DNA of 64,000 nt from Candidatus Levyibacteriota bacterium (GCA_049519175.1 JBEKQZ010000002.1:6782-70781); one strand, 5' to 3'; shown: positions 48,194 through 57,293, counted from the stretch's first letter. Numbers and translations: made by a program. The notes: a model not told the origin generated them from the sequence alone.

Positions 48194-48285
48194 GGGGTGG
48201 TGCGATTGGAAGGGCTCCCGACAGCGCGCAAGCCAGTGAGTCGTGAGTGAGCACTGGCGGGAGGGAAAAATCGCGACAGGACCCC
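48194..48285 (+). ncRNA. structured repeat family 1, copy B
   Basis: GGGGUGGUGCGAUUGGAAGGGCUCCCGACAGCGCGCAAGCCAGUGAGUCGUGAGUGAGCACUGGCGGGAGGGAAAAAUCGCGACAGGACCCC. Four nested helices: P1 GGGGU/ACCCC, P2 GCGAUU/AAUCGC, P3 CUCCCG/CGGGAG, P4 CCAGUG/CACUGG. Confidence 0.6.
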
Positions 48286-48302
48286 ACCAAAGGGAATTAT
48301 TT

Positions 48303-48722
48303 ATGATTAGTAAGAAAGTTTACATTGAACCAAGCGGATTTTTTGCTTTTATTGACAGAGCCAATCCTAAGTATGAGCAAGCCGCGGCCTATTTTCGCTA
48401 TTTTGCGCAGGAAGGATACGCACTTTTCACAGATTACCAAACCATTACTGAAAGTTATAACCATATTTACCGGGAGATCAGCCCATCGTTGGCCAAAGAT
48501 TTTTTGCGCACGGTTTTTTTAAGCGACATCAACATTATCTATCCGGAAGAACGAGATATTAAGGCGGCTTTAAAAACGTTGGTGAACTTTCAATCGACAG
48601 AATTAACTTTCTCGAAAGCAATTAAAGCGGTTTTAGCCAACCGCAGAGGTATCGGGCAGGTTTTTACTTTTGAATATTTACATCCGTTGTTTGGCCAGAA
48701 CACATTTTATTTGCCAATCTAA
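48303..48722 (+). CDS. hypothetical protein, possible degenerate PIN-like domain (139 aa)
   Basis: The track ORF starts at 48243 inside the repeat, so the likely start is the Met at 48303 (MISKKVYIEPSGFFAFID...). Acidic residues are spaced like a PIN domain, but the first Asp is replaced by Glu. The call is weak. Confidence 0.4.
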   Translation: MISKKVYIEPSGFFAFIDRANPKYEQAAAYFRYFAQEGYALFTDYQTITESYNHIYREISPSLAKDFLRTVFLSDINIIYPEERDIKAALKTLVNFQSTELTFSKAIKAVLANRRGIGQVFTFEYLHPLFGQNTFYLPI

Positions 48723-48740
48723 AACAAGGATTAAGGATTA

Positions 48741-50036
48741 ATGATTAAAGAATTAAGAAAAATAACAAAAGGAGGCAATTCACTTTTAAACGAATCGAAA
48801 GTCGTCAAGATTAACGTTGATTTTATGTCTAAATTGCTAAAAAGACTTTCGTTAAGCGAGCAAAGGCTAGGTAATTCTTACCAAGAACTGAAGCGAGCGA
48901 CGTTTGAAAAGTGTGATTGCCGACTGTTGTTGAAAAGATTTTCGTTAGCAACGATATTATTTTCTATAGCAATTTTGAGCCTATTTTTTGCACCACGGGC
49001 GCTTGCCGGACCGACCAGCACCACCTACCAAGTGGTTGACTATGGTTTTGGCGCCGGCGGAATTGCTACTACTTCGGGCGCCAGCAACAAATATATGCTA
49101 CAAGGAATTGCCGGAGAATTGGAATTTGCCAGTCCGAGCTCTTCTAACTATATGGCTTGGCCGGGTTTAACTTATACCGAACAACCGGCTGTCCCGTCAG
49201 CGCCGACTTTTACCAACCCTTCCAACTACTATAACAAACTGCATATTACTATAAATCAAGGCAGTGAACTATCTGATACTGTATACGCCATTTCTATCTC
49301 AACTGATAATTTTGCTAGCAACATTAAATATGTTCAAGCCGACGAAACTGTCGCGTCGGTGGCAGTTTGGCAGTCTTACGGAACATCCGGCGGCTCCCCA
49401 ACTGCCTGGCACGGTTCCGACGGAATTGATATTATTGGTTTAACTCCCGGCACTACTTATTACGCCAGAATAGTTGCCGGACGAGGAACTTTTACGCAAG
49501 GCGTTCCCGGTCCGACGGTTTCGGCGGCCACTGTTAATCCAAAATTAACTTACTCTTTAACCACTACCCGTTTTAGCGCTCCACCTTATGTGGTTGTCAT
49601 TAATAATATTGACCCCGGCGGCGCGGTTAAAACTTCCGACGACCAAATTACCGCCAACATTTCCACCAACGGCGCTAATGGCGGATCAATTTTGGTTTCC
49701 AGCGCCAACGGAGCATTGGTTAGCACCAGCGTTCCGGGAAATCCGATTACCAGCGCCACCAACAATTTAGATAGCGTTTCACAAGGATATGGCGCACAAG
49801 GAGTAAGCGTTTCGCAAAGTTCCGGCGGACCACTGGCGCTAGTTTCACCATACAATACTACTACCGGCAATAATGTGGGAATTCTTGATACCAATAAACG
49901 GGTTTTTGCCAGCTCGACCGTTCCTGTTACCAACGGTTCGGCAACTTTTGTTTTAAAAGCTAAAGTCGCCGCCGGCTCCAGTCCGGCAACCGACTACACT
50001 GATAAATTAATTATTTTGGCCAACGGCGCATTTTAG
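48741..50036 (+). CDS. secreted surface protein, paralogue family A (C-terminal motif ...PATDYTDKLIILANGAF*)
   Basis: The signal-peptide-like segment is at aa ~66-88, so the start may be the downstream TTG at ~48927. An FN3-like strand is TPGTTYYARIVAGRG. The C-terminal 17 aa are nearly identical to the C-terminus of the next gene. Confidence 0.65.
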   Translation: MIKELRKITKGGNSLLNESKVVKINVDFMSKLLKRLSLSEQRLGNSYQELKRATFEKCDCRLLLKRFSLATILFSIAILSLFFAPRALAGPTSTTYQVVDYGFGAGGIATTSGASNKYMLQGIAGELEFASPSSSNYMAWPGLTYTEQPAVPSAPTFTNPSNYYNKLHITINQGSELSDTVYAISISTDNFASNIKYVQADETVASVAVWQSYGTSGGSPTAWHGSDGIDIIGLTPGTTYYARIVAGRGTFTQGVPGPTVSAATVNPKLTYSLTTTRFSAPPYVVVINNIDPGGAVKTSDDQITANISTNGANGGSILVSSANGALVSTSVPGNPITSATNNLDSVSQGYGAQGVSVSQSSGGPLALVSPYNTTTGNNVGILDTNKRVFASSTVPVTNGSATFVLKAKVAAGSSPATDYTDKLIILANGAF

Positions 50037-50099
50037 ATAAAATGGCCTATTGACAAAAGTTTTAAAAAATGTTTTGCTTAATTATAGCAATAACTATTT

Positions 50100-51224
50100 A
50101 TGGATTTATCCAAATTCAGAATAAATAAAGATCCTAAAGCTGCCTTAAGTATTCTTCTGCAGTTGTCTCTCCTTCTAGTCAGTGTTTCCTACGCTTTACT
50201 TTATCCGCCAAAAGCTAACGCGGCGACATTTGTCACGCTTAGACTAGACCGGCAATATGCCAGCGTAGCACTAGCCGGAGTAGCTTGTATTAAACCAACC
50301 GCCGCCAGTCAATCCGACACCAAAGTGATTATTACTTTTCCTTCAACTTTTACGCTTGATACAACAGTCGCCAATTGGTCGGTTGATACCACTGCCACCA
50401 ACTTACCTAGCACCACTACCGGCGATGCTTTTACCGCTACCGCTTGGACGGGCATTTCTGCCAAACCAATGCTGGTTGACAATTCCACCAAAGCCGCCAT
50501 TTTTACCAGCACCCAATTAACTTCATCTTCTAACTATTATTGTTTCCATTTTAACGGCGGCGCCAGTTCGAATGTCGGAGCGGCGGGCAATGACGAATAT
50601 GGATATATCCAAACCTGGAAATCACCTGGAGTAAATGTCGAAAACGATCAGTATGCGGTTTCTATTGTCAGCGGCACCAACGGTGAGCAAATCGAAATTA
50701 AAGCCACTGTCTCTGCCGCCTTTACTTTTTCTTTGTCCGGCGGAGCCGGAGCTGGAGCCACCGCTGCTGCATCATTACCGCTTGGTATTATTTCGGCCAG
50801 CACCGTCACGACAGCTCCGTATACTGCAACAGCCACTATTTCGACCAACGGCACGAACGGGTTCTTAGCTTGGATTAAAGACGGCAACGCTGCCTTATAT
50901 TCAAACACCACCGGGCAAAATATACCTACTGTAGCTTACAATGGCGGTTCGCCAACGACGCTTACAAACGGCAGTAACGGTTATGGTGTTTGGGCAGCCA
51001 CCGGAACAAATTCTCCAACTATTGCTACGATGTATAATACCGGGCAAACAGGAACATCAGTTGGCGCAATTAGTGATACTGCTTTTTCGCTGATTGCCAG
51101 TAAAACCGGCGCTTATTCGGGAGAGACATTTCTTTTTGGCGTCCGTGCTGCGCCTGCCTACACAATTACGCCTGCCACCGACTATACCGACGTTTTAACC
51201 GTCGTTGCATCCGGCTCTTTCTAA
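50100..51224 (+). CDS. secreted surface protein, paralogue family A (C-terminal ...PATDYTDVLTVVASGSF*); its N-domain is homologous to that of the 39808 product
   Basis: It has a signal peptide, the shared N-terminal domain, and the shared C-terminal beta-strand-like motif ending in Phe. Confidence 0.7.
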   Translation: MDLSKFRINKDPKAALSILLQLSLLLVSVSYALLYPPKANAATFVTLRLDRQYASVALAGVACIKPTAASQSDTKVIITFPSTFTLDTTVANWSVDTTATNLPSTTTGDAFTATAWTGISAKPMLVDNSTKAAIFTSTQLTSSSNYYCFHFNGGASSNVGAAGNDEYGYIQTWKSPGVNVENDQYAVSIVSGTNGEQIEIKATVSAAFTFSLSGGAGAGATAAASLPLGIISASTVTTAPYTATATISTNGTNGFLAWIKDGNAALYSNTTGQNIPTVAYNGGSPTTLTNGSNGYGVWAATGTNSPTIATMYNTGQTGTSVGAISDTAFSLIASKTGAYSGETFLFGVRAAPAYTITPATDYTDVLTVVASGSF

Positions 51225-52272
51225 CATGAACCATGGCAAAAAATTATTGCTTCTGCCAATACTCTTCGTTTTGGCGATTTTATTTTTGCCGGTAAAAACT
51301 TTTGCCCAAACCCCCGGCGGTTATGATGTCACAGTCTCCCCCATTTTCTTTGATTTATCTACCACTCCGGGGGGTAATGTGTCTGGCACCATTAAGATTA
51401 GAAACAATACCGCCTATCCTTTACCGCTTAAATTGGGAGTGCAAAGATTAACCGGAGATTTAAGTGGTAATTACAGTTTAAAAGCCGACAAGAATGATGA
51501 AACACTGTCCTGGGTTAGTTTCTCCCAGCCCACCTTTGTCGCCAACCCTCTGGAGTGGACCCAAATTCCCTTCACCATCAATGTTCCCAAAGATGTAGCT
51601 TATGGTTACTACTGGACCATTACCTTTGCCCAGGATACTACCAATCCTCTCTTCAAAAGCGGAGTCAGTTTAACCGGCGCCGCCGGAGTGCCAATCCTGT
51701 TGAACGTACTAAAGCCCGGGGAGAAAGCCGACGCCAAAATCACTCAATTTAGCGTCGGGCAATTTGTCAATGAATATTTGCCGATTAACTTTACGGTTAA
51801 AATTGAAAATTTAGGTAACATCCACGTTCAGCCCCACGGCAGCATTTTCATTAGTGACGGCCGTAACAAAGATTTGGCGGTTTTGGATGTCAATCCGGGG
51901 CTTGGCAACGTTATTCCGCAGTCTGCCCGGATTTTCAACGCTTCCTGGGACGACGGATTTTTAGAAATGGAGCCGGTCACGCAGTTTGGTCAGCCAAAAC
52001 TGGATAAAAACGGCAAACCGTTGGAGACTTTACAGATTAACTGGGATAAATTAACCGAGTTTAGAATCGGTCGCTACACCGCCAATCTGGTGATGGTTTA
52101 TGACAATGGCAAAGTCGATGTCCCGCTGGAATCAACCATTACTTTTTGGGTTTTGCCTTGGAAAGCGATGGGCGTAATTCTGATTTCGCTAATCGTGATT
52201 TTCCTGGTCGGCAGATTCTTGATTAGAACTTACATTAAACGCGAAATCGCCAAAAGAACCAGAGCCGCTTAG
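51205..52272 (+). CDS. secreted protein with a C-terminal TM anchor and basic tail, paralogue family B (DUF916/DUF3324-like architecture)
   Basis: It has a signal peptide and two beta-rich domains. The C-terminus VLPWKAMGVILISLIVIFLVGRFLIRTYIKREIAKRTRAA is a TM helix plus a Lys/Arg tail. The architecture is shared with 52945-53877. Confidence 0.7.
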   Translation: MHPALSNMNHGKKLLLLPILFVLAILFLPVKTFAQTPGGYDVTVSPIFFDLSTTPGGNVSGTIKIRNNTAYPLPLKLGVQRLTGDLSGNYSLKADKNDETLSWVSFSQPTFVANPLEWTQIPFTINVPKDVAYGYYWTITFAQDTTNPLFKSGVSLTGAAGVPILLNVLKPGEKADAKITQFSVGQFVNEYLPINFTVKIENLGNIHVQPHGSIFISDGRNKDLAVLDVNPGLGNVIPQSARIFNASWDDGFLEMEPVTQFGQPKLDKNGKPLETLQINWDKLTEFRIGRYTANLVMVYDNGKVDVPLESTITFWVLPWKAMGVILISLIVIFLVGRFLIRTYIKREIAKRTRAA

Positions 52273-52868
52273 TCCGCAAATTTAATTGTGGGAATTAATA
52301 AATTGAATAAATCGTTTTCCGCCTGCTGGTCCGGACTTTCGAAAACAAAAGTATAGATTTTTCCGTTGAGCAAAAAGAAAACCGTTTTTTCGTAGCCGGC
52401 TGTCATATCATATTTTGAGAACTCTAAACCCTGCTGGTTATCGACGGAGACTGTAGTTTGCGTGTAAGTGGTCGTATCTTCCCACCTTAAGCGTACACCG
52501 GAATAATCACTTAGTGTCTGCGCGCTGGGATAAGCTATCACTTCACTAAAAAAATGCGTGTGCGAATCGCTTAAATCAAAACCAAAATGTTCCAAATCAT
52601 TATACTGATACGGCTGTCCATTAGTGTATAAAATGAACGCTTTTGCCGCCTTCGGATAAAGAAACGACACGTATTTACCCTGGTGCAAGACGTTTCCGGT
52701 AATTACCGGCGCCGCTTTCAGCACCACTTGCCTGCCCAAAATATTTTCTAAAGCCTGTTGCTTTTGGGCCGCGGTTAACGTTGCCTGCGGGCGGTTAAGA
52801 ATAAGAAAAGCAGCTACAAACAGCCCGAGAATCACTAGGAGAAACACTGATAATATTATCTTCTTCAT
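52269..52868 (-). CDS. hypothetical membrane-anchored protein
   Basis: The track ORF extends to 52895, but the likely start is MKKIILSVFLLVILGLFVAAF at 52868. N-terminal TM. Confidence 0.5.
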   Translation of the reverse strand: MKKIILSVFLLVILGLFVAAFLILNRPQATLTAAQKQQALENILGRQVVLKAAPVITGNVLHQGKYVSFLYPKAAKAFILYTNGQPYQYNDLEHFGFDLSDSHTHFFSEVIAYPSAQTLSDYSGVRLRWEDTTTYTQTTVSVDNQQGLEFSKYDMTAGYEKTVFFLLNGKIYTFVFESPDQQAENDLFNLLIPTIKFAD

Positions 52869-52891
52869 GAATTTATGATACCATAAAATAG

Positions 52892-52975
52892 GCAAATTTC
52901 TAATTCTTAATTTTTAATTTCTAAACAAATCCAAATGTCAAAAAATGAAAATTAAAAATCGCAAATTAAAAATCG
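52892..52975. repeat. AT-rich intergenic repeat family 3 copy (includes a tandem AAATTAAAAATCGC x2)
   Basis: Matches 18642-18748. Confidence 0.45.
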
Positions 52976-53877
52976 CAGTATTCTTAATACTTACTACTGG
53001 CTACTTAGTACTTGCTACTGGCAAAGCGCTTGCCCAAACACAAAAAGGGATTACGGTTGAGCCCTCGATTATGCACATTGATCTTTCCACCGACCAGCCG
53101 GAATATGATTTAACCTATATCAACAGCACCAATTACGCCGTCGGGCTAACCATAAGCGTCCAGGATTTTTCGGCGCTTAGCGACACTTATCAAATTGATT
53201 ATCTTTCGCCTGCCGATGCCGCCAACTACAAATATTCGCTGTCATCTTGGCTGACATTTGAAAATAAAAATTTTGATTTAAATCCCGGCGAAAAAAAGAG
53301 CATCAAAGTTTACATCGATAAAACCAGAATCACCAAAGGCGGCCATTACGCCGCTATTTTGGCCGAAATCGGCGCCCCCAACGGCGGACAAAATTCTAAC
53401 GTCAAAGCGGTTCTTTCCAGCTTGTTGTTTGTGCGTGCCGACACCGGACAGGAAATTGAAGACGGCAAAATCGTCACTTTTGAGCCCAACCGCGACTGGC
53501 TGGAATTTCCGGACAGCTTTATCGTGCGTTTCCAAAACAACGGCAACGTCCACGTCATTCCTTATGGCTTGATTAAAATTTACGACCCGCTGAATAATCT
53601 TGTTACCCAGGGCACTTTTAATATGGACTCTTTGGACGCCTTGCCAGAAAGTATCCGCCGCTACGATACCGATATTGAAGTTTACCAAAAAGTGCTTCTG
53701 CCGGGAACTTACACGGCCAAAATTGCTCTGCATTTTGGCGACACCAACCGAAAAACTTCCGCCACGGTCCAGTTTTATTCCGAAGGAATGTTTGATTTCC
53801 CCAAAATCGGCCTGGGACTGATTATAATTTTGTTAGTGAGCCTTTACCTCCGCAAAAAACTGTCCAAAAAATCTTAA
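52945..53877 (+). CDS. secreted protein with a C-terminal TM anchor, paralogue family B
   Basis: It has a signal peptide. The C-terminus IGLGLIIILLVSLYLRKKLSKKS is a TM helix with a basic tail. The two-domain beta architecture matches the 51205 product. Confidence 0.7.
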   Translation: MKIKNRKLKIAVFLILTTGYLVLATGKALAQTQKGITVEPSIMHIDLSTDQPEYDLTYINSTNYAVGLTISVQDFSALSDTYQIDYLSPADAANYKYSLSSWLTFENKNFDLNPGEKKSIKVYIDKTRITKGGHYAAILAEIGAPNGGQNSNVKAVLSSLLFVRADTGQEIEDGKIVTFEPNRDWLEFPDSFIVRFQNNGNVHVIPYGLIKIYDPLNNLVTQGTFNMDSLDALPESIRRYDTDIEVYQKVLLPGTYTAKIALHFGDTNRKTSATVQFYSEGMFDFPKIGLGLIIILLVSLYLRKKLSKKS

Positions 53878-53885
53878 ACAAGCGC

Positions 53886-53909
53886 AGTGAGCTTGCAAAA
53901 TTTTCGCTG
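53886..53909 (+). repeat. partial copy (24 nt) of repeat family 2, abutting family 1 copy C
   Basis: agtgagcttgcaaaattttcgctg matches the 5' arm of the 157-nt elements at 56248 and 61727. Confidence 0.5.
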
Positions 53910-53913
53910 ATAA

Positions 53914-54004
53914 GGGGTGGCAGGAGTGGAAAGGCTCCCGACAGCGCGCAGATCAGTGAGTCGTGAATGAGCACTGGCGGGAGGGAAACTCCTGACAGGA
54001 CCCC
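53914..54004 (+). ncRNA. structured repeat family 1, copy C
   Basis: GGGGUGGCAGGAGUGGAAAGGCUCCCGACAGCGCGCAGAUCAGUGAGUCGUGAAUGAGCACUGGCGGGAGGGAAACUCCUGACAGGACCCC. P2 is CAGGAG/CUCCUG, a full compensatory change against copy B. Confidence 0.6.
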
Positions 54005-54068
54005 GAAATGATAACAAATTCCGTGAAAAGTTGCATTTCACAAAACTATATGAGTATGATATAGTTGG

Positions 54069-56213
54069 ATGAAAAATCACTGCCTTAGGTTGGCGCTTTT
54101 TGTAATTGTTGGGACAACTTTACTGTCTGTATTCTCAGCAAAAGCGCTGGCCAAAGATTCTTACGGCTTTACTTGGACCATTGCCGCTACTCCTTCCGCC
54201 GTAGTCGTTGACTCTGCTAACAATATTTATTACGCCGGCTATTTGGCGAGTGGCTCCGCCACGCAAATGAATCCCAATTTTAATCTTGGCGCCGGACAGA
54301 TAAGCGATTTAAAAACTGCCACTACCGGCGCTATCTTTTTGACCAAGATGAATCCGGATTTAACCTATAACACCAGCTATATTATTGAAGCCGACAATCC
54401 ATACGTTGTGAGCGGTCAAAACATTTCCGTAACGCTGACCAAAATTGCCACCGACAGCGCCAACAATGTCTATTTGCTGGGTACTTTTACCGGCAATGTC
54501 AATTTTAATCCGACCGGCAGCCTGGATTTCCATTCTTCAAAAGGACAAACTTGGTCCTTTTTGACGGAAATTACAGCCGGCGGACTTTATGGCGGCACTT
54601 ATTTGTGGGGAAACGGCAATATCACCGTCCGCGACCTGACTATTGATAAAGATAATAATCTCTTTTTGCTTGGGCAGGCCGTAAATAGTAGCGGCGGTCC
54701 GATTACGGTTAATTTAAATCCTGTGGGAGGCATAGATAATAAAACTGTCAATGCCGGCGACACCATGGGTTTCTACACTGAACTTGTGGCGGGAACTCCC
54801 AATGCTTACGGTTATTCGAGAACCTTTAAGAATACCAGCTCACAATATCTCGAAGTGGATCATATCGCTACGTCTTCGGCCGGCAAAATTTTTCTTTACG
54901 GTGTTTTTGCCGACACCATGAATTTTAACGGTTCCGGCGGAACCGACAATAAAACCTCTGACAATAGCTCCGATGATCTATATTTAAGTGAATACGATGC
55001 CAGCGGAAATTATGTCTTAACCTACATAATTGGAGGCACCGGTGATGAATCCGCCGAGAGTCTGGCGATAGATAATAACAGTAACGTTTATTATAGTGGC
55101 GGATTTAACAATACGGTCAATTTTGACCCGACCGGCGGAACCGATAGCCAAACCGCTACTCTTCCCGGCCAGCGCTTTTTGTCAAAATTAAACAGCGACG
55201 GAAGTTATGGTTGGACGCTTATTTGGAATTCAAATACTCTGGACATTAACAAAATTGCTTTTGACCAAAACAATTTGATGTATTTGGTTGGAATAAGCGC
55301 CGGAACCATTAACTATGACCCGATCGGCGCCACCGACAACCAAACCGGCTTTGGCGGCAACGATGCTTTTATGACGGTGATAAATCCGGACAAAACTTAT
55401 GACTACACTTACGTTTGGGGCGGAACCGATGACGAAAAAGCGCTGGACGGCTCTTTCGATTCTTTAAATAACTTTTATATTGCCGGCTCGACCCAAAGTC
55501 TAAGCGTCAATTTTGATCCGACCGGCCAAACCGATTTTCCGGTCACTTTTACGGGCGGCGAAAACGGTTATATCACTCAGTTTTCATCCACCCAACTGGT
55601 AGTAGCTCCTCCGACGAATAATTCCAACAACGCAGCGTCAGGACCGGGCCCGCAAGGCTTTAGCTGCACCAATCATGTTCCCGTGGCGCCGCAGATTTTC
55701 CAAATCTGGGCCACCCAAACTACGGCGACCATTTATTTTGTCCCCAGCGCCGACCCGCAGAATTCTTACACCATTAGCTACGGTCTCTATAGTGACGCAG
55801 GAATGTATAACGTTACCTTTAGCTGGTCTGATAAAAGCGGCGCGATTCCCTACACCATAAACGCACTTAGCGCCGGCACGCCCTATTACTTTAAAGTGCG
55901 CGCCAACAATGGTTGTATGCCGGGAGAATGGTCAAACACTCTAGCTCTTAGCACTGCCTATTCTGTTAATGGAGGAAGTAATGCTTATGCTCCAAGCGCT
56001 GTTTTGAGTAGTAACACCGCTGCCGGCGCCACAGGCGGCAGTTGCTCGCAATATACGGTTTTGCCTGGTGATTCGTTCTGGTCAATTGCCCAAAAACTTT
56101 TGGGCGCCGGCACCAAATACCTGCAGATTTGGAATGCTAATAAAACCGCTTTCCCCAGTCTCAATTATTCCTCTATTATCCGTTCGGGCTGGACTCTCTC
56201 CGTGGGCTGCTGA
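54069..56213 (+). CDS. secreted SBBP beta-propeller-repeat protein with an FN3-like domain and a C-terminal LysM domain
   Basis: It has a signal peptide. At least 6 repeats fit the pattern N.VY..G.F.GNVNFNPTG (SBBP-like). The FN3-like segment is PQIFQIWATQTTATIYF...YYFKVRANN. The C-terminal LysM is YTVLPGDSFWSIAQKLLG...WTLSV. Confidence 0.7.
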   Translation: MKNHCLRLALFVIVGTTLLSVFSAKALAKDSYGFTWTIAATPSAVVVDSANNIYYAGYLASGSATQMNPNFNLGAGQISDLKTATTGAIFLTKMNPDLTYNTSYIIEADNPYVVSGQNISVTLTKIATDSANNVYLLGTFTGNVNFNPTGSLDFHSSKGQTWSFLTEITAGGLYGGTYLWGNGNITVRDLTIDKDNNLFLLGQAVNSSGGPITVNLNPVGGIDNKTVNAGDTMGFYTELVAGTPNAYGYSRTFKNTSSQYLEVDHIATSSAGKIFLYGVFADTMNFNGSGGTDNKTSDNSSDDLYLSEYDASGNYVLTYIIGGTGDESAESLAIDNNSNVYYSGGFNNTVNFDPTGGTDSQTATLPGQRFLSKLNSDGSYGWTLIWNSNTLDINKIAFDQNNLMYLVGISAGTINYDPIGATDNQTGFGGNDAFMTVINPDKTYDYTYVWGGTDDEKALDGSFDSLNNFYIAGSTQSLSVNFDPTGQTDFPVTFTGGENGYITQFSSTQLVVAPPTNNSNNAASGPGPQGFSCTNHVPVAPQIFQIWATQTTATIYFVPSADPQNSYTISYGLYSDAGMYNVTFSWSDKSGAIPYTINALSAGTPYYFKVRANNGCMPGEWSNTLALSTAYSVNGGSNAYAPSAVLSSNTAAGATGGSCSQYTVLPGDSFWSIAQKLLGAGTKYLQIWNANKTAFPSLNYSSIIRSGWTLSVGC

Positions 56214-56247
56214 AGTTAACTGAGAGTAACAAACTGCCAACATGCAG

Positions 56248-56404
56248 CCGAATGCATGAAAACTTGAGCGAGCTTACAAAATTTTCGCTGCTTTCCTTAG
56301 AATTCATTAACGAGGAGCGTGCGATATTTTAGCATGAGCGGAAAGCGAGAAAATTTTCTGCAAGCGAGCGTCATTTGCAAAGTGTGATACCGACTGAAGA
56401 TAGT
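56248..56404. repeat. repeat family 2, 157-nt element with long internal inverted repeat arms (~31 nt each)
   Basis: ~85% identical to 61727-61883. The arms gagcgagcuuacaaaauuuucgcugcuuucc / ggaaagcgagaaaauuuucugcaagcgagcg can pair. It lies in the convergent gap between the SBBP gene and galT. Confidence 0.7.
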
Positions 56405-56417
56405 CCCCGAACTTAAA

Positions 56418-57293
56418 TCAGACCGCTCTTTTGTAGTTTGCCCTGTGGATCGTGCGGATTTTTTCTTCGTCGGGGCTTTCGAAATGTTCTTTGATAAAAG
56501 CGATCGTCTCTTTCGGGTCTTGTGTGTTGACCGAAACGCCCGTTCCAAGCTCAAACCCCCCCAGACTCTTGAGTCTTGGAATAATTCTTAAATACCAACC
56601 AAGGTTTGGCGAAATATAGAAATTGAACGGAAATTCGTGGTTGTGGCGCAAATCAAAAATCTGAATTAAGCGGTAAAGAATTTTTGCTAGGTCTTTGATT
56701 TCGGCGTCGGAAATTTGTGAGAAGAAAACATTTTGAGCCTTAGGAAGAATCCAAACTTCATCCGGCCATTCCGAAGAAACAGGACAAAAGATTTGAAAAT
56801 ACTCCGTTTCCTGACTCTCTTCTTCCGTTTTGGAAAAGCTAACCGGCGCGATTTCCAGCTTGACAAAGTCAGGAATGACAGCGAGTTGACTGTGCGGGTG
56901 TGGTAAACTCTCACCGCCGGCCTCGCCGTGGTTATGAAAAATGTAGACTTGACCTTTATCTTGATGTGTCTGAAAACGTTGGCGGTAAGTTTTTAGCACC
57001 AGCTCTGACTGCGAAAGAGGTAGCTCTTCGAAGTTTTTGTGGTGGTCCGGCGAGTGAATAATTACTTCATGAATCGGCGCAAATGGAAATTTATTGTCAA
57101 CTACTCTTACCAACCAGTTTCGATCGTTATTTTCTCCACCAATACGGTAAACTTCCTTATCTTTTAGCTCATTCCCCGGACAAAACGGACATCGCGGTTC
57201 TTCCCCTTTGGCAATATCCGGCCTATCGGCACGTCTTGGCGCCGAAATAATCCAACGTTTTGAAATTGGGTTTTCGACAAACTTAAAATCCAT
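56418..57293 (-). CDS. galT: galactose-1-phosphate uridylyltransferase (short HIT-family form)
   Basis: The zinc site is CPFCPGNE and the HIT-like active site is HPHSQL. Confidence 0.85.
   Translation of the reverse strand: MDFKFVENPISKRWIISAPRRADRPDIAKGEEPRCPFCPGNELKDKEVYRIGGENNDRNWLVRVVDNKFPFAPIHEVIIHSPDHHKNFEELPLSQSELVLKTYRQRFQTHQDKGQVYIFHNHGEAGGESLPHPHSQLAVIPDFVKLEIAPVSFSKTEEESQETEYFQIFCPVSSEWPDEVWILPKAQNVFFSQISDAEIKDLAKILYRLIQIFDLRHNHEFPFNFYISPNLGWYLRIIPRLKSLGGFELGTGVSVNTQDPKETIAFIKEHFESPDEEKIRTIHRANYKRAV

Noticed and set aside
53278-53733. 151-aa minus ORF
   Set aside because: It is antisense to the anchored surface-protein gene 52945-53877.
56297-56554. 85-aa minus ORF
   Set aside because: It starts inside repeat family 2 and overlaps the galT 3' end in another frame.
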